Of a stretch of 24,000 nt of DNA, positions 7,983 to 16,485 are shown piece after piece. This DNA is from an uncultured Conexibacteraceae bacterium. GTDB taxonomy: Bacteria > Actinomycetota > Thermoleophilia > Solirubrobacterales > Solirubrobacteraceae. A program made the position numbers and the translations under genes. The notes beneath the pieces are model-generated. The model searched no databases. It was not told where the DNA came from and saw only the letters and a list, made by a program, of their open reading frames with translations. The stretch spans positions 62,054-86,053 of the forward strand of contig CAVXIA010000015.1 in the NCBI GenBank assembly GCA_963761675.1. The letters are read 5' to 3'. How positions within the stretch are numbered: the stretch's first letter is position 1; the number at the start of each line of letters is the position of its first letter.

Positions 7983-8990
7983 TCATCGGGCGGAGTCCCT
8001 GACGACCAGCTCAGCGGGAAGCGATGTGCTGGTGATGGCACCCGTCTGCACGCGCTGAACCACGCCATCGGCGAGCAGTCGGCCGGCGAGCATCGCGTCC
8101 TGGCGAATCGTTGTCAGCGACGGCTTGACGTGGGCCGCGAGTGGCACATCGTCGTAGCCGACCACCGCGATGTCTCCCGGGACGCTGCGGCCGCTGTCGG
8201 CGATCACCTCCATCGCGGCGATCGCCATGACGTCGCTGTTCACGAACACCCCGTCGATCTCGGGTGCGCTGTCGAGCAACTCCGCCATTGCGACGCGGGC
8301 CGAGCCCTCCGACCACGCGGTGTGGGTGATCAAACCGGGATCCGGTGTGCGTCCGGCTGCCGCAAGGGCGGCCTCGTAGCCGCGCTGCCTCTCGGCGACC
8401 TCAGCCGCGTGCTTGGGGCCGCCGAGAAACGCGACCTTCTGGCGCCCGATGCCCAGCAGGTGCTCGGTCGCAAGGCGGCCTCCGCGGACGCTGTCGCCGC
8501 TGACTGAACAGAAGGAGCCATCGGAAGATGGCTGTCCCCAGACGATGAAGGGTGCGTCGGCGTCCCGCAGGGCGCGCATCTGCTGACGCGTGCACTGTGC
8601 CTCGAGCATGATGAAGCCGTCGGCGCGCCCGGTTTCCAGGTAGCGGCGCGGCCAGGAGACGTCGCTGGGCCCGACGTGAATCATCAGCAGGTCGTAATCG
8701 CTCCTGCCGAGTCCGGCGGAGATCCCGGTCATAAGTTCGAGCATGAAGGCGTCTGGCACGACGCTGCCGGCCTTGTAGCCGTAGGCGACCAGCGCGATCG
8801 CCCCACTCTGCTGGAGGCTCAAGCGGCGGGCCCGAGCGTCGACCTCGAAGCCGTGCTCCTTGGCGATGGCGCGCACCAACTCCTTTGTCTCAACGCTGAT
8901 CACGGGGCTGTCGTTGAGCGCCCGCGACACGGTGGATTTGGAGACCCCGGCCAGGCGGGCGATGTCGGCTATAGAGTTCACGCTCGCCAT
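7983..8990 (-). CDS. LacI-family transcriptional regulator
   Basis: N-terminal HTH 'SIADIARLAGVSKSTVSRALNDSPVISVETKELVRAIAKEHGF'; periplasmic-binding-like sensor domain with '...VNSDVMAIAAMEVIADSGRSVPGDIAVVGYDDVPLAAHVKPSLTTIRQD'. Alternative starts at 9005 or 9032. Confidence 0.93.
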   Translation of the reverse strand: MASVNSIADIARLAGVSKSTVSRALNDSPVISVETKELVRAIAKEHGFEVDARARRLSLQQSGAIALVAYGYKAGSVVPDAFMLELMTGISAGLGRSDYDLLMIHVGPSDVSWPRRYLETGRADGFIMLEAQCTRQQMRALRDADAPFIVWGQPSSDGSFCSVSGDSVRGGRLATEHLLGIGRQKVAFLGGPKHAAEVAERQRGYEAALAAAGRTPDPGLITHTAWSEGSARVAMAELLDSAPEIDGVFVNSDVMAIAAMEVIADSGRSVPGDIAVVGYDDVPLAAHVKPSLTTIRQDAMLAGRLLADGVVQRVQTGAITSTSLPAELVVRDSAR

Positions 8991-9004
8991 TGCAACCGGT
9001 TGCA
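8991..9004. promoter_or_regulatory. Second perfect copy of operator TGCAACCGGTTGCA at the LacI start codon
   Basis: Identical to 7888-7901; abuts ATG at 8990-8988 and overlaps the alternative ATG at 9005-9003. Confidence 0.8.
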
Positions 9005-9261
9005 TGGTACCGCCAATCGCGGCGGACGGCAACCGGCCACGGTGCGCCGCGGCAAATCAGCGCCCGACGGCAACCTGCGAGGGCTGCCTCGTGGGAAATC
9101 CCTTCCGGGCCTGGCGCGGATACCTCTCCAGGTCTCTGCTGGTGGAGTCTGCGGACGGGTGTCTCGCGCCGGCGGGCTGGGGCGGTCGATGGCCCCCGGT
9201 AGTGCGGCACGGCCTTCCCGGCCTCTCCGGGCGCGAGCGGGGCTTGGTGTGAGGGCGCTAT

Positions 9262-9301
9262 GCGGGGTGGGGCGGCCGCGCGAGGCGGCGCCCCACCCCG
9301 C
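9262..9301 (-). terminator. Strong GC-rich hairpin, likely intrinsic terminator downstream of the SHOCT gene
   Basis: Perfect 12-bp inverted repeat GCGGGGTGGGGC (9262-9273) / GCCCCACCCCGC (9290-9301), plus inner GCCGC/GCGGC pairing; no clear U-tract. Confidence 0.6.
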
Positions 9302-9307
9302 CCCAGA

Positions 9308-9718
9308 TCAGCTGCTGCTGCCGCTCAGGGCCTTTGCCTTGAGCGTGTCGAACTCCTCCTGCGTGATCGTGCCGCTGTCAAGCAGCTGCTTGGCGTTGGC
9401 GATCTCGCTCGCCGAGCCGCTGCTGCCGGCTGTCTGGCGAACGTAGTCGTCGAACTGCGCCTGAGCTTTCTGAGCGTCCTTGTTCTGACGATCGGCCATG
9501 CCGTTGTGGTAGGCGATCAGGTAGATCAGGACTCCCAGGAACGGGAGGATGATGATGAATATGACCCAGAAGGCCTTGCCCCACCCGGATATGTCCTTGC
9601 GGCGGATGAGGTCCATGAAGACCGTAATCGCGATCCAGATCCAGACGATGAACGCGAAGAAGATCAGCATTGACCACAGCACACCGAGGAACGGATACGA
9701 CGTTGCGGTGATAAGCAT
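9308..9718 (-). CDS. Small two-TM membrane protein (PLDc_N-like) with C-terminal SHOCT domain
   Basis: 'WSMLIFFAFIVWIWIAITVFMDLIRRKDISGWGKAFWVIFIIILPFLGVLIYLIAYHNGMADR' then SHOCT-like 'SEIANAKQLLDSGTITQEEFDTLKAKAL'. Confidence 0.88.
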   Translation of the reverse strand: MLITATSYPFLGVLWSMLIFFAFIVWIWIAITVFMDLIRRKDISGWGKAFWVIFIIILPFLGVLIYLIAYHNGMADRQNKDAQKAQAQFDDYVRQTAGSSGSASEIANAKQLLDSGTITQEEFDTLKAKALSGSSS

Positions 9719-9947
9719 TTGGTTGGACTTACTCCCAGAATGGTTGTGGGAATTAACGGGATAGGACCTCCATCCCAGAGCCAACAGGGGCGAGGTCCCG
9801 ACTTTGTGATGCAGGACACTACCGCTTGGCGACGTCGAGTGTCTTCGGTGTGGTCCCGCAACGTCCAGGGCAGGGCCTCCGTGTGTCCCAGGGGCGCGGC
9901 CCCGAAGCGCGGAACCATCTGCGGCATGCCGGGGGTTATATGGGGTG

Positions 9948-10154
9948 ATGAACGATTTTGATGAGTTCGTTGCCGGCAGCGTCGAGCCGCTGCTGAGGAC
10001 GGCCTACCTGATCACGTGGGACGGCGGCGATGCGGGCGCCGACCGCGCCGCCCTGCCCGAGCGGAGCCCGCTGCAGCTTCGGCTATGGCTCGAGCGGCGG
10101 GCCGGGCGCCGCCGCCGCCGGTACATCGTCTACGAGCGTCACAGGCTCGTCTGA
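9948..10154 (+). pseudogene. Probable 5' remnant of an ECF/SigE-like sigma-70 factor
   Basis: 'MNDFDEFVAGSVEPLLRTAYLITWDGGDA' resembles SigE-family N-termini, then turns into Arg/Gly-rich sequence and stops at 68 aa; no sigma region 2/4 follows. Confidence 0.4.
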
Positions 10155-10712
10155 CTGAGCGCCTGAAGTCCCCGGGGTGGCCAGCGGGCCACCCCGGGGG
10201 GGCTGACCATGCTCGGAGTCGACAGCCTGCTGGCGGAGTTGCTCCCGGACGGCCTTCTCGGTCTCCTCGTCGATGTCCCAGCGCACCACGGTATCGGCCA
10301 TACGATCCTGGAATCCGCGCCGCCGCGGGTCGGTCAATATCGGTATCAGGCCGGCGCCGAGCGGGATGATCGCCAGGGTCAGGCCAATGAATCGGCGCAC
10401 GGCCTGCGTGAAGGTGACATCACCTCCGCCGACGCCGCTGAGCACGCGAATCCCGAGGATGCGATTGCCGACCGTCTGGCCGGTCAGTGCCCAGAAGGTC
10501 ACGAAATAGAACAGGCTCCATACCCACCAGGCTGCCGCGCCGAGCACAGCCCCGACGATGTCGATGTTCCCGCTCACGCCCAGCAGCGATGCGATCAGGT
10601 TGACCGCGCCGCCGAGCAGCACCGCAATCGCGTTGACGACGAGGGCGTCGATCAGAAACGCAACCCCGCGGGTCACGAGACCGACGTAGCCGACCGGCGC
10701 GGTACGAGTCAC
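10083..10712 (-). CDS. RDD-family membrane protein
   Basis: 'GLVTRGVAFLIDALVVNAIAVLLGGAV...FVTFWALTGQTVGNRILGIRVLSGVGG...RRFIGLTLAIIPLGAGLIPILTDPRRRGFQDRMADTVV'. Confidence 0.88.
   Translation of the reverse strand: MTRTAPVGYVGLVTRGVAFLIDALVVNAIAVLLGGAVNLIASLLGVSGNIDIVGAVLGAAAWWVWSLFYFVTFWALTGQTVGNRILGIRVLSGVGGGDVTFTQAVRRFIGLTLAIIPLGAGLIPILTDPRRRGFQDRMADTVVRWDIDEETEKAVREQLRQQAVDSEHGQPPRGGPLATPGTSGAQSDEPVTLVDDVPAAAAPGPPLEP
10170..10199. terminator. Perfect 13-bp hairpin CCCCGGGGTGGCC-AGCG-GGCCACCCCGGGG
   Basis: Arms 10170-10182 and 10187-10199, 4-nt loop; lies just after the sigma-remnant stop and within the 3' end of the RDD ORF. Confidence 0.55.
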
Positions 10713-11380
10713 TCGCCGGCCTGGGGCTCTCGTCGCCCGAGCAGGCGGCGGGCGATGCGCTCGGCAACATCATCCGCGACGACCGTCCGTGTTCGGACCC
10801 CGACGGCGACATCGTCCGCCAGGCCGACCGTCTGGCGGCGGAGCACCGCACGCAGCTCGGGCGAGCTCGTGACGTACTCGAGCACCTGTTGCATCTCCTC
10901 GCTCGCAAGCAGACGCGCGGTGATCTCTTCGAGCATGCGGCTGTCCATGACGCGATCGATCAAGCGATCGAGTCCGGGATCGTCGAGGGCGTTGCCGATC
11001 AGCGCCTCTGTGGCCGGGTGGTTGATCACGACGCTCACGATCCGGTCGAAGGCGCCGGAGCGCAGCAGCCGGTCGAGCAGCTCATCGCCGAGCCCTGAGC
11101 GGGCGAACTCGTCGGCCAGTGCCCGCGACAGCTGCGCCGCGAGCCGACGCGCCTGCGCAGCGGCGTCGGCGGTCACGAGCACGCCGTCCTGGCCCCATCT
11201 GTAGGAGACGGCGTCGGCGCGAGCACGCACCGGTGCCCACGGAGACGAGTTCCAGATCGCGGCCGCCGGCCATGCCGCAGCCGCCAGTGCCCGTGCGCCG
11301 ACGGCGACCGGGCGGCGCGAGCGTCGGGCCACGTTGGCCGTCGCGCCGACCACGACATACGGGATGGGAGCGCGTTTCAA
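10709..11380 (-). CDS. Hypothetical helical protein translationally coupled to the RDD gene
   Basis: 223 aa ending 4 nt into the RDD start; repeated helical units '...FDRIVSVVINHPATEALIGNALDDPGLDRLIDRVMDSRMLEEITARLLASEEMQQVLEYVTSSPELR'. Confidence 0.7.
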   Translation of the reverse strand: MKRAPIPYVVVGATANVARRSRRPVAVGARALAAAAWPAAAIWNSSPWAPVRARADAVSYRWGQDGVLVTADAAAQARRLAAQLSRALADEFARSGLGDELLDRLLRSGAFDRIVSVVINHPATEALIGNALDDPGLDRLIDRVMDSRMLEEITARLLASEEMQQVLEYVTSSPELRAVLRRQTVGLADDVAVGVRTRTVVADDVAERIARRLLGRREPQAGE

Positions 11381-11477
11381 GGCGATGACGATCGGGTGGT
11401 TGTCGATGCCCCAAAGGGTACGCCCGCAGCGAAGAGCTTGGGCGGCCGACGCTCCTCGGTACGAATCTCGGCCATGC

Positions 11478-12272
11478 TCAGCTGGTCAGATGGACCGCGG
11501 CCTCCGGTGTGGCCACGTGGAAACTGAAGCTCTCCTGGAGGTAGAGGTTGACCTGCTCGGCATCGTGTGAGTCGTAGCCCAATGAGATGTCCTGGCCGCT
11601 GTCGAAGAGGAAGTCACCGCCGCGGCGGCTGAGCAGCACAGCGCCCTCGATGCCGGGAACCCACACGATCGGGCCTCCGAGCAGCAGTGACACGTGTTCT
11701 CTGAGCGGGTAACCGCCCGGCACGGGAGCGGTGCCCAGCAACCGGTAGTGATCCTGGCCGGCACCGAGTGCGTACGGTCCGTCGACTCCCGATCCGAGCA
11801 GCAATTCGATCGCCGCCGTCACACGTTCTGCGTAGTTCTCCGCTTTGATGCGCTTCAGCATCGCGTGCGGGGTGGCCGCGATCACCCCGTTGAACGTTCC
11901 GGCCCAGCCGCCGAAGACGGCGTCACCTTCGGCCCGTGCGATCTCGCGAGCGGCGGTGTCGAGCGGACCCAGATCGGCATCGTCGGCGCCGCGATCGACG
12001 TCCTGGAGCTCGCTTCGCGAAAGGCTGAAATCGGCGCGGAGCTCGATCAGCGGCAGGACGCGTCGTCGCAGCGCAGTCACCCCTTCGGGGCTGCCTTCGA
12101 TCGCCTCGACCCGCCCAAGGTTCGTCGATGAGTGTGACCAACCGCGAGGGCCGTCGAAGTCGACCAGCTTGCGCGCACCCAGAGCCGGGGTCAGGCGCTC
12201 GCGGGCCTCGTGGTCGAGCAGCTCCCAGCCGGCATCGCTGATCGGCGCGTGCGAACGAAGCAGATGATTCAC
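11478..12272 (-). CDS. Family 1 encapsulin nanocompartment shell protein
   Basis: 'HAPISDAGWELLDHEARERLTPALGARKLVDFDGPRGWSHSSTNLGR', 'LIELRADFSLSRSELQDVDRGADDADLGPLDTAAREIARAEGDAVFGGW', 'DISLGYDSHDAEQVNLYLQESFSFHVATPEAAVHL'. Confidence 0.96.
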   Translation of the reverse strand: MNHLLRSHAPISDAGWELLDHEARERLTPALGARKLVDFDGPRGWSHSSTNLGRVEAIEGSPEGVTALRRRVLPLIELRADFSLSRSELQDVDRGADDADLGPLDTAAREIARAEGDAVFGGWAGTFNGVIAATPHAMLKRIKAENYAERVTAAIELLLGSGVDGPYALGAGQDHYRLLGTAPVPGGYPLREHVSLLLGGPIVWVPGIEGAVLLSRRGGDFLFDSGQDISLGYDSHDAEQVNLYLQESFSFHVATPEAAVHLTS

Positions 12273-13315
12273 GCTGATGCTCCTCTCAGACCGCCGATCC
12301 CCAGCGATCCGTCGTGGTTTGTCGTCTCAGGTTCGATGACGGCGGCGCTCGGCTCGAGCGGGGGATCTGCCATGCCCGCGAGCTGATCCGTGGTGGGCAC
12401 GAAGAACAGTGTTCCCGTCACGGCGGTGGAGTAGTCGAGCACGCGGTCGTGATTGCCGGGCGGGTTGCCGATGAACATGTTGCGCAGCATCTGTTCGATC
12501 ACGCCCGGGTCAGACGCGTAGCCGATGAAATACGTGCCGAACTCGCCTGCCCCAACGCGGCCGAAGGGCATGTTGAAACGCACGATCTCGAGCTCCTCTC
12601 CGGTCTCATCGACGATCGTGTTGAGTGCGACGTGCGAGTTCGATGGCTTGACGTCGTCAGGCAGCTCGATATCGCTGAGCTTCGTGCGTCCGATCACGCG
12701 CTCCTGTTCCTCGACCGAAAGGGAGTCCCAGGCCGCCAGGTCGTGCAGGTACTTCTGGACGATCACGTAACTGCCCCCGGCGAACCCCGGATCCTCGGCG
12801 CCGATCGTGACCGCGGTCCTCGCCGCTTCGCCCTCCGGGTTCTCGGTGCCGTCGACGAAGCCGAGCAGGTCGCGCTCGTCGAACGAGCGGAATCCATGGA
12901 CCTCGTCGACGATTCGGACCAGCCCGCCCAGCCGTTCGGCGATCCGCTGCGCGAGCTCGAAGCAGAGATCAAGCCGGCGCGCACGGATGTGGAAAAGGAG
13001 ATCGCCCGGGGTGGAGGCCGCCGTGTGGGCTGCGCCGGAGAGCGGGACGAAGCGATGCAGCCCCAGCGGCTTCGGGCACAGAGGGCCCAGGCGATCCCAG
13101 AGGTCTGAGCCGATCCCCACCACGCAGCTGAGGCACGCCTCGGGGATGCGGAAGCCGACGGAGCGCTTGAGACCGGGAATGTCGGCGAGCGCGTCACGGA
13201 GCTGATCCTCGTCACCGGCCGGGGCGATCATCACGAGAAAGATCGCCGCCTCCGTCGATGGTTGAAGGATCGTCTGCTGCATCACGCTCGCGCCCGTCTC
13301 GTCGCTCACTCGCAC
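12269..13315 (-). CDS. Dyp-type heme peroxidase, encapsulin cargo
   Basis: 'DLLGFVDGTENPEG' motif, 'FVPTTDQLAG', and C-terminal targeting peptide '...NHDGSLGIGGLRGASA'; ATGA overlap with the encapsulin gene. Confidence 0.95.
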   Translation of the reverse strand: MRVSDETGASVMQQTILQPSTEAAIFLVMIAPAGDEDQLRDALADIPGLKRSVGFRIPEACLSCVVGIGSDLWDRLGPLCPKPLGLHRFVPLSGAAHTAASTPGDLLFHIRARRLDLCFELAQRIAERLGGLVRIVDEVHGFRSFDERDLLGFVDGTENPEGEAARTAVTIGAEDPGFAGGSYVIVQKYLHDLAAWDSLSVEEQERVIGRTKLSDIELPDDVKPSNSHVALNTIVDETGEELEIVRFNMPFGRVGAGEFGTYFIGYASDPGVIEQMLRNMFIGNPPGNHDRVLDYSTAVTGTLFFVPTTDQLAGMADPPLEPSAAVIEPETTNHDGSLGIGGLRGASA

Positions 13316-13438
13316 TCACTGTAAGACTTCGCGGCGATCGACGGCAACGCTGGGGGAGGATTCTGGCTGACATCGAATCAGTACAGCCGGGGCCGCGCCC
13401 AGTCCTGAGCGCCCGTCGGCGCCTGCTTACATGGAGAC

Positions 13439-14632
13439 ATGGCCAGATATCGGTCCGTGCTCACGGCGCCGGGCTGCTTCCGGCTGCTGAGCACCGCACT
13501 CCTGGGACGACTGCCACAGGGCATGTCGGCGCTTGCCGTGCTCCTGCTCGTGCGCGACACCACGCACTCCTACGCGGCTGCGGGCATCGCCGTGGGAGCG
13601 AACGCGTTGGCCACCGCCGCCGCCGCGCCGGTGCTTGGTCGGATGGTCGACCGCGTGGGCCGGCGGTGGGTCGTGGGACCGGCCGCTCTGCTGCAGGGCG
13701 CCGTATACATCCTGCTGGCACTGGCAGCAGATGCAGACGCGCCCACGCTCGCATTGGTCGCATGCTCGGCATTGGCGGGGGCGCTGACGCCGCCGATCGC
13801 ACCGGTCGTGAGGACGCTGCTGCGCGACGTGTTCGACGAGCCCTCGGTGCGTGAAACGGCCTACGCACTCGAAGCGATCGCCCAAGAGACGATTTGGGTC
13901 GTCGGTCCACTGCTGGTGACGGTGATCATCACCACGTTCTCGCCAAAGGCCGCCGTGCTGACGCTCAGCGTCATCGGCGTACTGGGGACACTCCTGTTCC
14001 TGCGCTCGCCGCTGCTCGACGCTGTGCCGGAGCACGAGCACCAGCACCGGCACGCCGGCTCCGCCCTGGGGAGCATCGACCTGCGCTGGCTGTTGATGCC
14101 GGTGACCCTGATGGGCTTCGGGCTGGGCGCCGTCGAGGTTGGAATTCCGGCCCTGGCATTGCAGAACGGCTCGCAGGCGGCGTCCGGCTACCTGCTCGCG
14201 CTGTGGAGTCTCGGCAGCATGGCCGGCGGAATTCGATACAGCACTACACATTGGCGATCGCCCTTGGGCTCCCGATACTGCATGCTCCTGCTGCTGGACT
14301 GTGGCGTGACGATCCCGCTGCTGGCGGCCAACTCGATCGCCGCCGCCGGAGTCGCCAGTTTCATCGCCGGACTGGCGGTGGCCCCGGTGTTCTCCTGTCA
14401 GTACCTGCTGGTCGGTCAGGTGGTACTACCCGGAACCGAGCACGAGGCCTTCAGCTGGTTGCTGTCAGGTCTGATCGGCGGGCTAGCGGCCGGCTCTGCC
14501 CTGGGCGGCGTGATCATCGGGCCGCTGGGCGTGCGCGCACCGTTCGTGATCGCCTGTGTGGCCGCAGCCCTCGCAGCCGCGAGCGCGACTCGCTTCCGAG
14601 GCCGATTCGCCGCGGGCGTAGCTCTCGCCTGA
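13439..14632 (+). CDS. MFS transporter
   Basis: About 12 TM; 'GANALATAAAAPVLGRMVDRVGRRWVVGPAALLQGAVYILLAL'. Confidence 0.87.
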   Translation: MARYRSVLTAPGCFRLLSTALLGRLPQGMSALAVLLLVRDTTHSYAAAGIAVGANALATAAAAPVLGRMVDRVGRRWVVGPAALLQGAVYILLALAADADAPTLALVACSALAGALTPPIAPVVRTLLRDVFDEPSVRETAYALEAIAQETIWVVGPLLVTVIITTFSPKAAVLTLSVIGVLGTLLFLRSPLLDAVPEHEHQHRHAGSALGSIDLRWLLMPVTLMGFGLGAVEVGIPALALQNGSQAASGYLLALWSLGSMAGGIRYSTTHWRSPLGSRYCMLLLLDCGVTIPLLAANSIAAAGVASFIAGLAVAPVFSCQYLLVGQVVLPGTEHEAFSWLLSGLIGGLAAGSALGGVIIGPLGVRAPFVIACVAAALAAASATRFRGRFAAGVALA

Positions 14633-15016
14633 GGCGTCGGGCTCGTCAAGCATCGCCATCAGCTTGGTGATCACGAAGCCGAGGCAGCCGATCTCCACGA
14701 CGAGAGTCGCGCCGACCAGCCAATAGGACGGCGACAGCGCAAGCGCGATGATCCCCGCGATCACCAGCAGCATCGGCATGCCGACGCCATAGATCAGCCT
14801 GAGATCGCTCCCGAGGGCGCGATCGAGTCGAGTGTCGAGCCGCCTCAGCGGGTCAATCTGATGGCCGCTGCCTGTAGTGCGCGATTGGTTGGTGTCTGCC
14901 CTCGGGCGCTGCGCCGGGGTCGCCGGTTGGGGTATGGCCACCTGCATGAGAGCCTCCTCGTATCCGATGCGCGTGACGCTACGCTCCCGCTGAGAGGCGC
15001 CCATCCGGGTCTTCAC
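14483..15016 (-). CDS. Small membrane protein, unknown function
   Basis: Two TM segments 'LRLIYGVGMPMLLVIAGIIALALSPSYWLVGATLVVEIGCLGFVITKLMAML'; the C-terminal tail is antisense to the MFS gene. Start may be 14947. Confidence 0.55.
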   Translation of the reverse strand: MKTRMGASQRERSVTRIGYEEALMQVAIPQPATPAQRPRADTNQSRTTGSGHQIDPLRRLDTRLDRALGSDLRLIYGVGMPMLLVIAGIIALALSPSYWLVGATLVVEIGCLGFVITKLMAMLDEPDASGESYARGESASEASRARGCEGCGHTGDHERCAHAQRPDDHAAQGRAGR

Positions 15017-15123
15017 GCCTCAGCGAGAGGATGTGACCTCGGCTGCGGTGCGGCAAATCACGGGTCGGGCACGGTGGTTGTCGCTCGTGCTGATCCGTGC
15101 GGGGACCGCCGTTTTGTGAGCGC

Positions 15124-15546
15124 TCAGGAGAGTTCGGGCGGCAGCGCTCGGGGACCGTCGGGGTAGAGCTCCGTGATCATCTCGGGGGTCATTGCGCGCG
15201 TGTCGGCGCCCTCGAGCGGCGCGCCGACAACGAGCCAGAGCGCGGGCACGGCGGTGTCATTGAAGACCTGGCGCAGGCTCTGCGGCTCCACCAGCAGCGC
15301 GGACAATGGCTCGAGCGTCAGCAGCTCTTCGTCAACGCGAATGCGGCCGGTGCCCTCCAGAACGACATACAGCTCGTGTTGGGTGCGGTGCCGGTGGCGG
15401 GTGTTGGCTTGCCCTGGCTCCAGTCTCCACAGTCGCGCGCCGAGTGTCTCTGCTCCGAGCTGCTGGGCCAGGTCGGTGTTGGCTACCCCCATCTGGTTTG
15501 AGGGGCGCCAGAAGGCGTCTCGGGAATTCAGGACGCGAAATCCCAT
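15124..15546 (-). CDS. Cupin-domain protein
   Basis: 'ARLWRLEPGQANTRHRHRTQHELYVVLEGTGRIRVDEELLTLEPLSALLVEPQSLRQVFNDT'. Confidence 0.9.
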   Translation of the reverse strand: MGFRVLNSRDAFWRPSNQMGVANTDLAQQLGAETLGARLWRLEPGQANTRHRHRTQHELYVVLEGTGRIRVDEELLTLEPLSALLVEPQSLRQVFNDTAVPALWLVVGAPLEGADTRAMTPEMITELYPDGPRALPPELS

Positions 15547-15558
15547 GGCGAGATTCTA

Positions 15559-16476
15559 TTGGTCGCCCGAGTCCAGCTGCCACGGCTACCTGTCCCGTCC
15601 GAACAGCTCTCCAAACTGAACGGATGCCATGCCCGGGCGTCGGTGATCACACTGCAGTCAAAGCGGCTTCCTGAGCCACGACGAGTTGCGCCGCCGTCGC
15701 TGCGGGTCGGCCTGATCGGACTCGTGGGGGGTCTGCTCGCGGCTCTGGTTGGAGGCGCCGACGGGTTCTGGCTCTGCCTCCCGGCCGGGCTGTTGGCCGC
15801 GGCCGTCGCTCATACCAGCCGCGGTGGGCTGTGGAGCGCCGTGCCGGTGTGGCTGATCGGCGCCGCGGCGGCCGCAGCAGTTCAGCGCGGCGTGATGCCG
15901 CCGCTGTGGCTGGCGGTGCTCGTGCCGTGCGCCTGCCTGTCCGTGACCCTGGGCACCGGGGGACGCCTGCGACGCGAGCGCGACGCGCTGCGGGACGCCG
16001 CTCTCAGCGACCCGCTCACGGGGCTGGCCAACCGCCGCATGCTCATGTCGATGGCCGAGTACGAGATCGCTCGGCACCACCGAGCCGATGGCCGGTTCAC
16101 CGTCGTGATGTTGGACCTCGACGGGTTCAAGCCGCTCAACGACCGCCACGGCCACGCCGCCGGCGATCAGATGCTGCGGGATGTCGGTGCCGCGCTGACC
16201 CGCGCGCTGCGCGCTCAGGACACCATCGCTCGATTCGGCGGAGACGAGTTCTGCGTCATCGCGCCCGAGACCGAGCACCCGCGGGTGTTGGCGGCGCGGA
16301 TCGCCGGCGCGGTGTCAGAGGCCGCCGGTGGCCTCGATTCGCTCAGCGCCAGCGTCGGCCTGGCGGTATTCCCGGAGGACGGGACGTCGATCGAGCTGCT
16401 GCTGCGTGCGGCCGATGAGCGGCTGCTGGCGGCCAAGCGGCGACTTCACGGCGACGCCGAGCGGCGAGCCGCGTAG
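15559..16476 (+). CDS. GGDEF diguanylate cyclase with N-terminal membrane segment
   Basis: 'DPLTGLANRRML', 'DLDGFKPLNDRHGHAAGDQMLRDV', 'RAQDTIARFGGDEF' (intact GGDEF and RxxD I-site). True start may be internal, e.g. GTG 15643. Confidence 0.92.
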   Translation: MVARVQLPRLPVPSEQLSKLNGCHARASVITLQSKRLPEPRRVAPPSLRVGLIGLVGGLLAALVGGADGFWLCLPAGLLAAAVAHTSRGGLWSAVPVWLIGAAAAAAVQRGVMPPLWLAVLVPCACLSVTLGTGGRLRRERDALRDAALSDPLTGLANRRMLMSMAEYEIARHHRADGRFTVVMLDLDGFKPLNDRHGHAAGDQMLRDVGAALTRALRAQDTIARFGGDEFCVIAPETEHPRVLAARIAGAVSEAAGGLDSLSASVGLAVFPEDGTSIELLLRAADERLLAAKRRLHGDAERRAA

Positions 16477-16485
16477 CGCTGCGCG

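Noticed and set aside
7632-8507. 291-aa plus-strand ORF
   Set aside because: Mostly antisense to the LacI-family gene; no domain signature.
8676-9446. 256-aa plus-strand ORF across the LacI start and the SHOCT gene
   Set aside because: Crosses an operator and a terminator hairpin, antisense to two supported genes; no motif.
10209-11204. 331-aa plus-strand ORF opposite the RDD and helical-protein genes
   Set aside because: Antisense shadow ORF; the minus strand carries the clear RDD signature and a coupled partner.
12314-13108. 264-aa plus-strand ORF opposite DyP peroxidase
   Set aside because: Antisense to a confidently identified gene; no motif.
13427-14251. 274-aa minus-strand ORF opposite the MFS transporter
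   Set aside because: Gln/His/Arg-rich shadow ORF, no motif.
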